DNA of 64,000 nucleotides from Clostridia bacterium (GTDB taxonomy: Bacteria > Bacillota > Clostridia > TANB77 > CAG-508): positions 155,286-219,285 of the forward strand of contig JAEESU010000010.1 of assembly GCA_016290095.1 (NCBI GenBank), read 5' to 3'. The notes under the pieces are model-generated. The model searched no databases and was not told the DNA's origin. It was given only the letters and a program-made list of their open reading frames with translations. Positions 1 to 9,315 of this stretch are shown here, in pieces (position 1 is the first letter of the stretch; every line of letters begins with the position of its first letter). The translations under genes were made by a program, and so were the position numbers.

Positions 1-2
1 AA

Positions 3-479
3 ATATATGATTCTATTTTGAGTATTAATAATTTAAAATTTGATGATAATATTGAAATAGAAACTATTTGTTCAAGAAATAACGATACTATTATAATTAG
101 TGAGATAAGTGCAAAAAGTGACTCTGATTGGATTAGAATTACAAATGTTAATGAAGAACCTATAAAACTTAACCATTATTATTTAACAGATGATATACAA
201 AATTTGATGAAATTCAGACTTCCAGATATAACACTAAATAATAAAGAATTTATTACGATTAATGGTAAAAAGAATTATTATGCAGTTGGAGACTATATTT
301 GTAATTTCAATTTGAATACTACAGAAATAGTATATTTATATGATAGAGAGAATGATACAATAGTAGATAAGCTAGAAATTCCAAGAATGTCTAAACATGA
401 ATCTTATGGTAGATATTTAAATAGCACAGTTTTCAAATTTTATAACAATTCTAGAAATCAGAGAAAAAATTTAAAGTAA
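3..479 (+). CDS. C-terminal fragment of a larger protein (lamin-tail-domain-like segment); 5' end lies outside the window
   Basis: The reading frame stays open to base 3 upstream of the listed TTG. The motif 'DWIRITNVNEEPIKLNHYYLTDD' resembles an LTD fold. A hairpin terminator follows at 485-517. Confidence 0.4.
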   Translation: MYDSILSINNLKFDDNIEIETICSRNNDTIIISEISAKSDSDWIRITNVNEEPIKLNHYYLTDDIQNLMKFRLPDITLNNKEFITINGKKNYYAVGDYICNFNLNTTEIVYLYDRENDTIVDKLEIPRMSKHESYGRYLNSTVFKFYNNSRNQRKNLK

Positions 480-525
480 TAAAAAGTTGTCTATAAAAAT
501 ATAGACAACTTTTTTTGTTAAACAC

Positions 526-554
526 TTGACATATCTGGGGGTTGAGCATATAAT
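526..554 (+). promoter_or_regulatory. Consensus sigma-A-type promoter (TTGACA-17-TATAAT) upstream of sigH
   Basis: ttgaca at 526-531, a 17-nt spacer, then tataat at 549-554; both hexamers are perfect. Confidence 0.6.
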
Positions 555-593
555 AGCTTTAGTTTCAGCAATAAGGAGGATTTAGCTTAGAAA

Positions 594-1235
594 ATGTCTA
601 ACAAAATTTATATTTTTGACAACAAATATGCAAAGTTTTCTGATGAAGAACTAATCGAAAAAATTCGATTAGGTGATTTAGAAGCGCAAAATTATTTGTT
701 GGAAAAATATAGATACTTAGTTAGCATGAAAGCAAATCGCTTCTTTTTAATTGGCGCTGAAAATGATGATATGCTACAAGAAGGAATGATTGGCCTTTTC
801 AAAGCAATTCAATCATTTGATTTAGAAAAAAACAATTCTTTTAAAACTTTTGCAAACTTGTGCATTGAAAGACAACTAATAACCGCTATTAAAACTTCAA
901 ATAGACAAAAACATATTCCACTTAATTCATCTTTTTCATTAAATGTATCTGCTTTTGATGAAAATGATGATACAACAGTAATGGACGTATTAGATACAAA
1001 ACTTGTAGAAGATCCACTAGATACTATTACGAAAAGAGAATATATGCAATTTGTAGAAGAAAGAATTCAGGAAAATTTAAGTTCATTTGAAAAACAAGTT
1101 TTAGAAAAGTATATACAAGGAGAGAGTTATGTTGATATTGCTGAAAAACTAAACTCTCCTGTAAAATCTATAGATAATGCAATTCAAAGAATTCGTAAAA
1201 AAGCAATTAAATGTTTCAATAGTAATGAAGATTAG
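594..1235 (+). CDS. sigH: Sporulation sigma factor sigma-H (Spo0H)
   Basis: Collinear with B. subtilis SigH: 'YLV..KA..FFLIGAE.DD..QEGMIGLFKAI' in region 2 and 'KHIPLNS' and 'KSIDNAIQRIRKK' in region 4. The protein is 213 aa. Confidence 0.85.
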   Translation: MSNKIYIFDNKYAKFSDEELIEKIRLGDLEAQNYLLEKYRYLVSMKANRFFLIGAENDDMLQEGMIGLFKAIQSFDLEKNNSFKTFANLCIERQLITAIKTSNRQKHIPLNSSFSLNVSAFDENDDTTVMDVLDTKLVEDPLDTITKREYMQFVEERIQENLSSFEKQVLEKYIQGESYVDIAEKLNSPVKSIDNAIQRIRKKAIKCFNSNED

Positions 1236-1259
1236 TATAATCTTCATTATCTAAATTAT

Positions 1260-1335
<76 letters not shown>

Positions 1336-1423
1336 TAAAAATGAAATAGGATTAGGAATTAAAGTTTGCATAGAAATAAGTAAACAACTTAAGGATAGAA
1401 ATGTTTTATAATAAATTAAATAA

Positions 1424-1462
1424 TTCCCAGTATATAATTTATACTGGGAATTATTTAATTTT
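1424..1462. terminator. Bidirectional rho-independent terminator (sigH/tRNA on the + strand, membrane protein on the - strand)
   Basis: Stem ttcccagtata / atactgggaa with T-rich tracts on both sides. Confidence 0.6.
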
Positions 1463-2072
1463 CTCTTGTATATGTTTTTTTATCATTTTCATTTAATAGT
1501 GTAGTTTCATTTATTATAATAAATGAAACATTTTTTTCATTTTCGTTTACATCTTCTTTTTCACTTTCAGGTGGTCCTGGTGGAGCATATGCTTCGGAAA
1601 AAGTTACTTTTAATTTATTTCCTTCCACAATATACGTCCCTTTATAAATTGCTAGTGTATCACGTGTTACATTGCCATTTGAAAAATAATATATAGCTCC
1701 GCTATCAGAATATTCAATAACATCATTCTCACAATATTTTCCTTCAACAAATTTTATACTAGTCTCTATATTTTGATTTTTTATAGAATCTTCAGATGAT
1801 TTATTTTGATCTGAATTAGAATTATTTGTAATATCTTTAGAGTCATTTAAAGAACTAATTGTTTCAGAAGTACTATTTATCTTTTCATGTAAATCACTTA
1901 CAGTTTCATTTAAGCCGTTTATTTGTGCTTGTAAATTATCTAATTTTTTTATTTCAGTATTCTTATCATTATTAAGTTTATAAATAAGTACTCCCATTAC
2001 AATTATTGCAATTATGGCTAGTATTAGGAAAAAAGTTGATAAACTTATCTTTATTGCATTCTTTTCTTCCAT
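1455..2072 (-). CDS. Membrane-anchored hypothetical protein (N-terminal TM, coiled coil, extracellular domain)
   Basis: ORF with a hydrophobic N-terminus 'FFLILAIIAIIVMGVLIY', then a coiled-coil stretch, then Ser/Asn-rich sequence. Confidence 0.4.
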   Translation of the reverse strand: MEEKNAIKISLSTFFLILAIIAIIVMGVLIYKLNNDKNTEIKKLDNLQAQINGLNETVSDLHEKINSTSETISSLNDSKDITNNSNSDQNKSSEDSIKNQNIETSIKFVEGKYCENDVIEYSDSGAIYYFSNGNVTRDTLAIYKGTYIVEGNKLKVTFSEAYAPPGPPESEKEDVNENEKNVSFIIINETTLLNENDKKTYTREN

Positions 2073-2390
2073 TTTCTCACCTCGCTTTATTTTGTAAATA
2101 ACTTATATAACCATATTTTATCAATTATGCTATTTTTTTACAAGAACATTTGAAAAAAATTGAAAAAATATAAAAATTGTGCTAAATTAAAAACAATAAA
2201 TTGAATTATATAAGAGTAATTGAAACAAAGTATGCCATTTTTTCGTATACCTATTTTGCAATCGCTCCACAAAAGTCTTACAGACTAAAGTAGCTTGTAA
2301 GCTTTTTTACACATGTTAATTTTAATAAAAAATAATATCAATAAACATATATTTATGATAAAATAAAATAGTATTCTAAATAGGGAGCTT

Positions 2391-4178
2391 TTGTTTATGG
2401 ATTCAATAAAAAATCTAAAGAAAAAAGCTAGAAGTATAATGTTGAAAAACTATTGGTTATTACTTTTCACTTGTATAGTAGTAGCCTTTTTTGGAGTTGA
2501 ACTTGCTGATTCATTAAATGTATTTTCTATTAATCAAACAGCAATTCAAGACTTAATTGATGTTTCAATTGTAATTAATGAAGGAAAATTTGACCAAGTA
2601 AGTAAACAAGTCTTTGATGAACTTGAAGAAACTAGAGTAAATACATATACAGACACAATGAGTAGGAATAAAGGCGTTTTTGCAGGAATAATAAATTCAG
2701 TTTCTAATGGTGTAATGTATTATAAAGTTATCCAATTTTTTAATACATTTTCAGGTTCAAGTAATATCTCACTAGAAATTATACTAATAGTAGTTACAAT
2801 TGTTTATTTAGCTATATGGTATTTTATTAAGAATACTTTTAAAGTTATATATAGAAGAATATTTTTAGAGTCAAGAATTTACAAAAAAATATCAATAAAT
2901 AGATATGTGTTTTTTTTAAAGATAAGAAAGAATATTAGAGTTGCAAATGCGTTATTTATAAAATTAATACTTTTAGTTTTATGGAGCTTTACAGTATTTG
3001 GCTTATTCATAAAGATGTATTCTTATAAATTAGTTGAATTCATCTTAGCTGAAAATCCAGATATTAAACCAATTGATGCGATTAAATTGTCTAAAAAGAT
3101 GATGAAAGGACATAAATGGGAGGCATTTAAATTAGATTTATCATTTTTAGGTTGGGAGTTAATAGCATTAATTACATTTGGATTATCTAAAATATTTATA
3201 TCTAATATGTATAGAATAGCGACACAAACAGAATTCTTTGTAGAAGTAAGAAGGTTAGCTTTTGAAAATAATGTTGATAATATTAATTTATTAAATGATA
3301 AATATTTATATGAAAGGGCAGACAAAAATATTATTAATGAAAAATATGCTGATATAAAAAATGACATGGAAAATAACTCATATGCAATTCCAAAAATGAA
3401 AGGAATTTTAGTATTTATAGAAAACATGTTTGGAATTACATTTGAAGGAACAAAAGCAAATAGAAAATTTGAAGAAGAACAAATAGCAAAATTTAATCAC
3501 GAACGTTATCTCGAAATTCTAAATGGGGAAATTTATCCAGATAGATTATTTTCTATAAATATTCACGAAACTAAAAACAATTTAGGAACAATTAACTTTT
3601 TAAAACGTTATTCAGTTTTAACATTATTATTATTGTTTTTTGCGATTTCATTTGTTGGTTGGGTTTGGGAGGTTGTATTAATATTTATACAATCAGGTGT
3701 ATTAGCCAATAGGGGAGTTTTAATAGGACCCTGGATTCCAATTTATGGTTATGGCAGTTTAGCTGTATTAATGTTTGGTTATAGATTTAGAAATAAGCCA
3801 ATTAAGGAATTCCTTTTTATAATTATTATTTCTGCAATAATAGAATACATGACATCTTTTTTGTTGGAACTAAAAACAGGATTAAGATGGTGGGATTATA
3901 CGGGATGCTTTTTAAATATAAATGGAAGAATATGTGCAGAAGGCTTGCTAGCTTTTGGAATTGGTGGGCTAACAGTTGTATATATTATTGCACCAATTTT
4001 TGATAATAAATTAAAAAAATATAATAATTATTTATTATCAATAATATGCGTAATTTTATTAATCTTTTTTGGAATTGATAATATTTATTCAAATAAAAGC
4101 CCACATATCGGAATAGGAATAACAGAAACAAGAGAAGAAAACATTAAAAAAGTAAAAAGCGGAGGATATAATGAATAA
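2391..4178 (+). CDS. Polytopic membrane protein with a C-terminal DUF1113-like domain ('ABC-transporter type IV' family; PF06541 from memory)
   Basis: The C-terminal 170 aa (GW.WE...NRGVLIGPWIPIYG...EY.TSF..E...RWWDY...NINGRICAEGLLAFGIGG) are paralogous to ORF 31358-32329. The N-terminal 400 aa are multi-TM. The likely start is the ATG at 2397. Confidence 0.5.
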   Translation: MFMDSIKNLKKKARSIMLKNYWLLLFTCIVVAFFGVELADSLNVFSINQTAIQDLIDVSIVINEGKFDQVSKQVFDELEETRVNTYTDTMSRNKGVFAGIINSVSNGVMYYKVIQFFNTFSGSSNISLEIILIVVTIVYLAIWYFIKNTFKVIYRRIFLESRIYKKISINRYVFFLKIRKNIRVANALFIKLILLVLWSFTVFGLFIKMYSYKLVEFILAENPDIKPIDAIKLSKKMMKGHKWEAFKLDLSFLGWELIALITFGLSKIFISNMYRIATQTEFFVEVRRLAFENNVDNINLLNDKYLYERADKNIINEKYADIKNDMENNSYAIPKMKGILVFIENMFGITFEGTKANRKFEEEQIAKFNHERYLEILNGEIYPDRLFSINIHETKNNLGTINFLKRYSVLTLLLLFFAISFVGWVWEVVLIFIQSGVLANRGVLIGPWIPIYGYGSLAVLMFGYRFRNKPIKEFLFIIIISAIIEYMTSFLLELKTGLRWWDYTGCFLNINGRICAEGLLAFGIGGLTVVYIIAPIFDNKLKKYNNYLLSIICVILLIFFGIDNIYSNKSPHIGIGITETREENIKKVKSGGYNE

Positions 4179-4797
4179 GGAAATTATTAATTTTTATATA
4201 TTGACAAATAAATTAAAACAAAAAATTCGTACAGGCTGGATGGAAATAGGAATTTCAGAAAATAGATTAGAATCTGTTGCTGAACACATTTATGGTTGTT
4301 TAATGTTAGCAATAGCTATAGATAGTGAATATGAATTAAATATGAATATGTATAAAGTTTTAAAAATGATAGCTATGCATGAGTTGGAAGAAACAATTAT
4401 AAAAGATTTTACATTAAGAGATGGAATTACTAGAGAAGAAAAATTAAAATTAGGAAGAGAAGCTGTCTATAAAGCCACAGAAGGATTAATAAAAAAAGAA
4501 GAAATACGCTCATTGTTAGATGAATTTAATGAAAGAAAAACAAAAGAAGCTGTATTTTGTTATCACATAGATAAAATTGAGTGTGATTTTCAAGCAAAAA
4601 TATATGATTTACACGGAAGTTTTAAACTAGAAAAAGCATTAGAAGATTTAGCATACTTTGGAGATGATGCAGAAAGAGTAAGAAGAGAAGCTAAAACCGC
4701 TAGTGATGTTTGGATAGAGTTTGATAAAAAAAGATATGAAGATGATGAATTATTTAAAAAACTAATTATTGACATACAAAACATAAAAAACATATAG
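4171..4797 (+). CDS. HD-domain phosphohydrolase, YfbR-like 5'-deoxynucleotidase family
   Basis: 'RTGW....ESVAEH......A.A' and 'MHELEE...D.T' match the YfbR-type HD fold pattern. Confidence 0.55.
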   Translation: MNKEIINFYILTNKLKQKIRTGWMEIGISENRLESVAEHIYGCLMLAIAIDSEYELNMNMYKVLKMIAMHELEETIIKDFTLRDGITREEKLKLGREAVYKATEGLIKKEEIRSLLDEFNERKTKEAVFCYHIDKIECDFQAKIYDLHGSFKLEKALEDLAYFGDDAERVRREAKTASDVWIEFDKKRYEDDELFKKLIIDIQNIKNI

Positions 4798-4806
4798 GAG
4801 GTAGTT

Positions 4807-5979
4807 ATGGCAAACATTAATGATTATTTACTTTGGCGTGGAGACATCAAATTTTCAAATGACTTTCCTTTAAATGAAGTAGATGCAATGATATTAGGCC
4901 GTTTTTCTTATTTAATATTTAATAAGATCAAAATGGAAAATAAAGAAACAATAGAATCAATATACAATAAAATGAAAGATTTTAATAATGATGAATTTAG
5001 ATATAATGGTGATAAAGAATTAATTACTAATTTAGCTAAAAGTACACGCTTCAAAAATATGATGGTAACTGATTTCGTTGAAATTAAAGATAGGGATATT
5101 GAAAAACAATTTGGAGCAATTACAATTCATTTACCAAATAACGAAATGTACATATCCTACATAGGCACAGATAGTAGTATATCTGGTTGGAAAGAAGATT
5201 TTAATATGTCTTTTATGGAAAGTGTACCTTGTCAAATTTCTGGAAAAGAATATTTAGAAAATATTTCAAAAAAATATCCTTTAAAAAGAATAAGAATAGG
5301 TGGACATTCTAAAGGAGGAAATGTTGCAATATATTCAGCTATAACAGCATCTAGCATTATTCAGAAAAGAATTATAAAAGTATATAATTATGATGGGCCT
5401 GGTTTTAGTAAAAACATTATTGAAAAATATGAAAACAATGAAGTTGTTTCTAAAATAGAAACATACTTGCCACAAGATTCAATAATAGGAAGAATTTTGT
5501 ATCATAAAGAAAAGAGAACAGTTATATTAAGTATAGAAAAAGGCATTTTACAACATGATATTTTTTCTTGGCAAGTTTTGAGAGATGATATAGTTAAACT
5601 TGATAAGAATACTGATAGCAGTGAAGATATTGATAAAACAATCACAGAATGGCTAGAAGCCACTACGTATGAACAAAGAAAAGCTTTTATTGATGGAGTA
5701 TTTGAACTATTCTATTCAACAGAAGCAAATACTTTTGGAGAAATGTCAAAAGATTTTTCTACTAATATACATATTGTAATGAAAAAATATAAAGGATTTT
5801 CAAAAGAGGAAAAAGATACTATAATAGAAATGATAAAAAAAGCAATTAATTTCTATTTAAGTAATGTTAGTGAAAGAGAAAAGAAAAAAATTAACATATT
5901 AAAAGAAGAGTATACTTTAAGAGGAAGAGCAAAAATTGAAGAATTAGAAAGAAAAATAAAAAATAATAGGAGAAACTAA
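4807..5979 (+). CDS. Alpha/beta-hydrolase, Mbeg1-like (DUF2974) lipase-like protein
   Basis: Nucleophile elbow 'GGHSKGG'; overall architecture typical of DUF2974. Confidence 0.5.
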   Translation: MANINDYLLWRGDIKFSNDFPLNEVDAMILGRFSYLIFNKIKMENKETIESIYNKMKDFNNDEFRYNGDKELITNLAKSTRFKNMMVTDFVEIKDRDIEKQFGAITIHLPNNEMYISYIGTDSSISGWKEDFNMSFMESVPCQISGKEYLENISKKYPLKRIRIGGHSKGGNVAIYSAITASSIIQKRIIKVYNYDGPGFSKNIIEKYENNEVVSKIETYLPQDSIIGRILYHKEKRTVILSIEKGILQHDIFSWQVLRDDIVKLDKNTDSSEDIDKTITEWLEATTYEQRKAFIDGVFELFYSTEANTFGEMSKDFSTNIHIVMKKYKGFSKEEKDTIIEMIKKAINFYLSNVSEREKKKINILKEEYTLRGRAKIEELERKIKNNRRN

Positions 5980-5980
5980 A

Positions 5981-6736
5981 ATGAAATTAATATCATGGAA
6001 TGTTGCTGGTTTTAGAGCATGTTTAAAAAAAGGATTTGATGAGTTTTTTAAAAATATTAATGCAGATGTTTTTTGTATTCAAGAATCTAAAGTGCTTCCT
6101 GAACAGTTTGAATATTTACCTGATGGTTATGAAATGTATTTAAATTCTGCTGAAAGAAAGGGATATTCTGGTACATTAGTTTATTCTAGAATAAAACCAT
6201 TAAGCGTAACTTATGGTATGGGAATAGAAGAACATGATCATGAAGGAAGAATTATTACATTAGAATTCAATGATTTTTATTTGGTAACAGAATATGTACC
6301 AAATGTAAAAAGAGATTTAAGTAGATTAGATTATAGAATGATATGGGAAGATGATTTTAGAAAGTATTTGAAAAATCTTGAAAAAAATAAACCAGTTGTA
6401 ATGTGCGGAGATTTAAATGTTGCGCATAACGAAATTGATATTAAAAATGCAAAACAAAATATTGGAAATGCTGGTTTTACATATGAGGAAAGAGGAAAAT
6501 TTACAGAACTTTTAAATAGTGGATTTATAGATACTTTTAGATATTATAATAAAGATGTTGAAAAATATTCTTGGTGGAGTTATATGGGGGCGGCAAGAGA
6601 AAAAAATATTGGATGGAGAATAGACTATTTTGTAGTATCTCAAAATATCATTGATAAAGTAACAGATACACAAATATATGATAATATAACAGGAAGTGAC
6701 CATTGTCCTATTGGAATAGAGATTAATTTGAAATAG
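5981..6736 (+). CDS. xth: Exodeoxyribonuclease III (AP endonuclease)
   Basis: 'MKLISWNVAGFRA', 'CGDLNVAHNEIDIKN', 'WW.YMG.ARE.N.GWRIDY' and a C-terminal 'GSDHCPI'. The protein is 251 aa. Confidence 0.9.
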   Translation: MKLISWNVAGFRACLKKGFDEFFKNINADVFCIQESKVLPEQFEYLPDGYEMYLNSAERKGYSGTLVYSRIKPLSVTYGMGIEEHDHEGRIITLEFNDFYLVTEYVPNVKRDLSRLDYRMIWEDDFRKYLKNLEKNKPVVMCGDLNVAHNEIDIKNAKQNIGNAGFTYEERGKFTELLNSGFIDTFRYYNKDVEKYSWWSYMGAAREKNIGWRIDYFVVSQNIIDKVTDTQIYDNITGSDHCPIGIEINLK

Positions 6737-6792
6737 TTGCATTATTTAAGAAAATCCTATATAATATACAATATTTAATAAACTGGAGAAGA

Positions 6793-7350
6793 ATGATGTT
6801 ATTAGCACTAGTCGGAGTAACAGGGGTAGGAAAAACATATTATAAAAATAAAATAGCAGAAGAATTAAATTTTAAAAATGTAAATACTATTAGAACTAGA
6901 AAAAAAAGAGCTGGTGAAGTTGCTGGAAAAACGGGATTATTTATGACAGAAGAAGAGGTAAACGAGCTAGATAAACAAGGAAAGATTGCATATAAATTCA
7001 AAGTTTTTGGTGGAGAATACGCATATTTATCTGACGAGATTTATTCTAAAGATAATATGGTATTTGAGATGCACTATACTACTATATATGATTGGAAAAA
7101 AGTAAGACCGGATATAAAAACTATTTACATTTTGCCTAAAAATATTGAAATTGCAAAAAATAAAACAAGAGAAAGAAATTTAGAACCTGAAAAAGAAAAA
7201 GAAAGACTTTTAGAAATCGAAGAACATTATAATAGAATAATGAATGATGAAGATTTAAGAAATCAATTTGATTATATAGTTTATAATAATTATGATGAGA
7301 ATTCTGAATTAGAAATAATAAATTTGGTAAAAAAAATAATACAAGAATAA
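6793..7350 (+). CDS. Guanylate-kinase-family P-loop kinase (paralogue; not necessarily the housekeeping gmk)
   Basis: P-loop 'GVTGVGKT'; 'TIRTRKKRAGEVAGKTGLFMTEEE...G...K...FGGEYAYLS' parallels GMP-kinase 'TTRPPRPGEVDG.DY.FV...F......G.FLE.A...GN.YGT'. Confidence 0.45.
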   Translation: MMLLALVGVTGVGKTYYKNKIAEELNFKNVNTIRTRKKRAGEVAGKTGLFMTEEEVNELDKQGKIAYKFKVFGGEYAYLSDEIYSKDNMVFEMHYTTIYDWKKVRPDIKTIYILPKNIEIAKNKTRERNLEPEKEKERLLEIEEHYNRIMNDEDLRNQFDYIVYNNYDENSELEIINLVKKIIQE

Positions 7351-7365
7351 TGAAAGGATTTTGAT

Positions 7366-8211
7366 ATGTCAAAAAAGTTTTTTACAACCGATGAGGACTA
7401 TAATAAAATAATTGAAAAAGCATTAAAAGAAGAATATGGAGATACTATAATTAAAAATATTAGTTTAAACCCTACTGGATGGACAAATATTGTTTATGAG
7501 GTTTCTACAAATCAAGGTGATTTTTTCTTTAGATTTCCAAGAGATCAATTTTGGGAAAGGACAATTGTGAAAGATTATCAGTTTGCAAAATATATTAAAG
7601 GAAAAACAAATTTTAGAACTGTAGAACTAATATTAAAAGAGAATGAAGGAAGACCTTTTTCAATACATAAAAAAATTCATGGAACTCCACTTGCAGAAAA
7701 AATGAATGATTTAAGTGATGAAGATGTAAAGAAGGTATGTAGTCAAATTGCTAAGTTTATGCACGAGATGCATAGCTTAGATTATAATCCAGATGAAATA
7801 TTTTCAATAGATAATATAGGTCTTAATTTGCAAGACTTCATTACTGAATTATTATCATTACATGTTTCTGATGAAGATATAAGATTTTGGAGTAAGGACA
7901 ATTTTAAAATAGCATCAGATGATTATTGTTTAGTGCATGGAGATTTAAACTCAAGCAATGTATTACTTGATGATAATAATAATGTTACTGCTATTATTGA
8001 TTTTGGCTTTGGAGGATTTGGAAACAAATATTTTGATATTTCTAGAATAATAGGTAGATGTCCTGAAAACTATAAATCTGAAATTGTAAATAGCTACGAG
8101 CAATTTGAAAGAGCTGATTTAAATAAAGAAGAAGTAGACAGAAATATAAAAATATGGAGTAACATAGATAATGGATATATCAATTATATGAGATCAGTTA
8201 AAATAATATAA
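7366..8211 (+). CDS. Phosphotransferase, APH / choline-kinase-like family
   Basis: Brenner motif 'LVHGDLNSSNVLL' and 'IIDFGFGGFGN'. Confidence 0.65.
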   Translation: MSKKFFTTDEDYNKIIEKALKEEYGDTIIKNISLNPTGWTNIVYEVSTNQGDFFFRFPRDQFWERTIVKDYQFAKYIKGKTNFRTVELILKENEGRPFSIHKKIHGTPLAEKMNDLSDEDVKKVCSQIAKFMHEMHSLDYNPDEIFSIDNIGLNLQDFITELLSLHVSDEDIRFWSKDNFKIASDDYCLVHGDLNSSNVLLDDNNNVTAIIDFGFGGFGNKYFDISRIIGRCPENYKSEIVNSYEQFERADLNKEEVDRNIKIWSNIDNGYINYMRSVKII

Positions 8212-8288
8212 AAAAGAAATTCTTTTAAGAATTTCTTTTTTTGACAACTTTATTTCTGCTGAAGAAGACATAAAGGAGATGTTTAACA

Positions 8289-9224
8289 ATGATAATTAAT
8301 ACTGGAATGAGAACAGATATACCTGCTTTTTATTCTAAATGGTTATTGAATAGAATAAAAGAAGGATTTGTGTATGTTAGGAATCCATATTATAAAGAAC
8401 AAGTTACAAGATACAGTTTATCACCAGATGTTGTAGATTGTTTAGCGTTTTGCACTAAAAACCCACACCCTTTAATTAGTCATTTAAATGAACTTGATAA
8501 ATATAATCAATTTTGGTTTGTCACAATTACACCATATGGGAAAGATATTGAACTTAATGTGCCTGATAAAAAATTAGTCATTGAAGATTTTAAAATATTA
8601 TCTAATCACATTGGAGTGGATTCTGTTGCTTTAAGATATGATCCAATTTTTATTAATGAAAAGTTTGATGTTAAAATGCATATAAAATGCTTTAAGAAAT
8701 TATGTGAAAATCTTAAAGGTTACACACATGATTGTACAATTAGTTTTCTAGACTTATACGAAAAGGTAAAAAGAAATGCTCCAGATTTAAGACCACCTAA
8801 TGAAGAAGAACAAAGGCAAATTGCAAAAGAATTTGCTGTAATTGGAAAAGAGAACAATATTACAATACATGGATGTTGTGAAAAAGAATTTTTAAGAGAT
8901 TATGGAGTTGACATTACCGGATGTATGAGTCAAGAAATTGTTGAAAAAGCAATCCATAATAAATTACACATTCAAAGGAAACAAAGTCAAAGGCCAATAT
9001 GCAATTGTGTGCTTGGAAATGATATTGGAGTTTATAATACCTGTCCGCATTTATGCAAATATTGCTATGCCAATGCTAATTCTGCATTAGTAAAAGAAAA
9101 TGTAAAAAAGCACAATTCAAATTCACCATTCTTAATTGGCAATCTAGAAGAAGGAGATAAGATAACAGAAGCTAATCAAAAAAGCTGGATAAAAGAAGAA
9201 AGCAGTCAAATTAGTATATTTTAA
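8289..9224 (+). CDS. DUF1848-like protein with a C-terminal Cys cluster (CNC...CPHLCKYC)
   Basis: The N-terminal 'MRTDIPAFYSKWLLNRIKEGFV' pattern, and 'CNCVLGNDIGVYNTCPHLCKYCYAN' containing a CxxxCxxC. Confidence 0.4.
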   Translation: MIINTGMRTDIPAFYSKWLLNRIKEGFVYVRNPYYKEQVTRYSLSPDVVDCLAFCTKNPHPLISHLNELDKYNQFWFVTITPYGKDIELNVPDKKLVIEDFKILSNHIGVDSVALRYDPIFINEKFDVKMHIKCFKKLCENLKGYTHDCTISFLDLYEKVKRNAPDLRPPNEEEQRQIAKEFAVIGKENNITIHGCCEKEFLRDYGVDITGCMSQEIVEKAIHNKLHIQRKQSQRPICNCVLGNDIGVYNTCPHLCKYCYANANSALVKENVKKHNSNSPFLIGNLEEGDKITEANQKSWIKEESSQISIF

Positions 9225-9315
9225 TAAAAATCTCGTTTTAAAAGCGAGATTTTTTGTTGCCATATATTATAAAAAATGATAAAATTCAAAAGAATAAAAA
9301 TTAGAGGGAGAAGAT

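Noticed and set aside
3023-3427. Antisense ORFs inside annotated genes (3023-3427, 4590-4817, 9360-9662, 10614-10901, 21571-22152, 27886-28263, 29845-30255, 44885-45283 and others)
   Set aside because: Each lies entirely within a longer ORF on the opposite strand with clear homology, lacks an RBS, and has the Leu/Phe/Ile/Ser-rich composition expected from antisense reading of AT-rich coding DNA.
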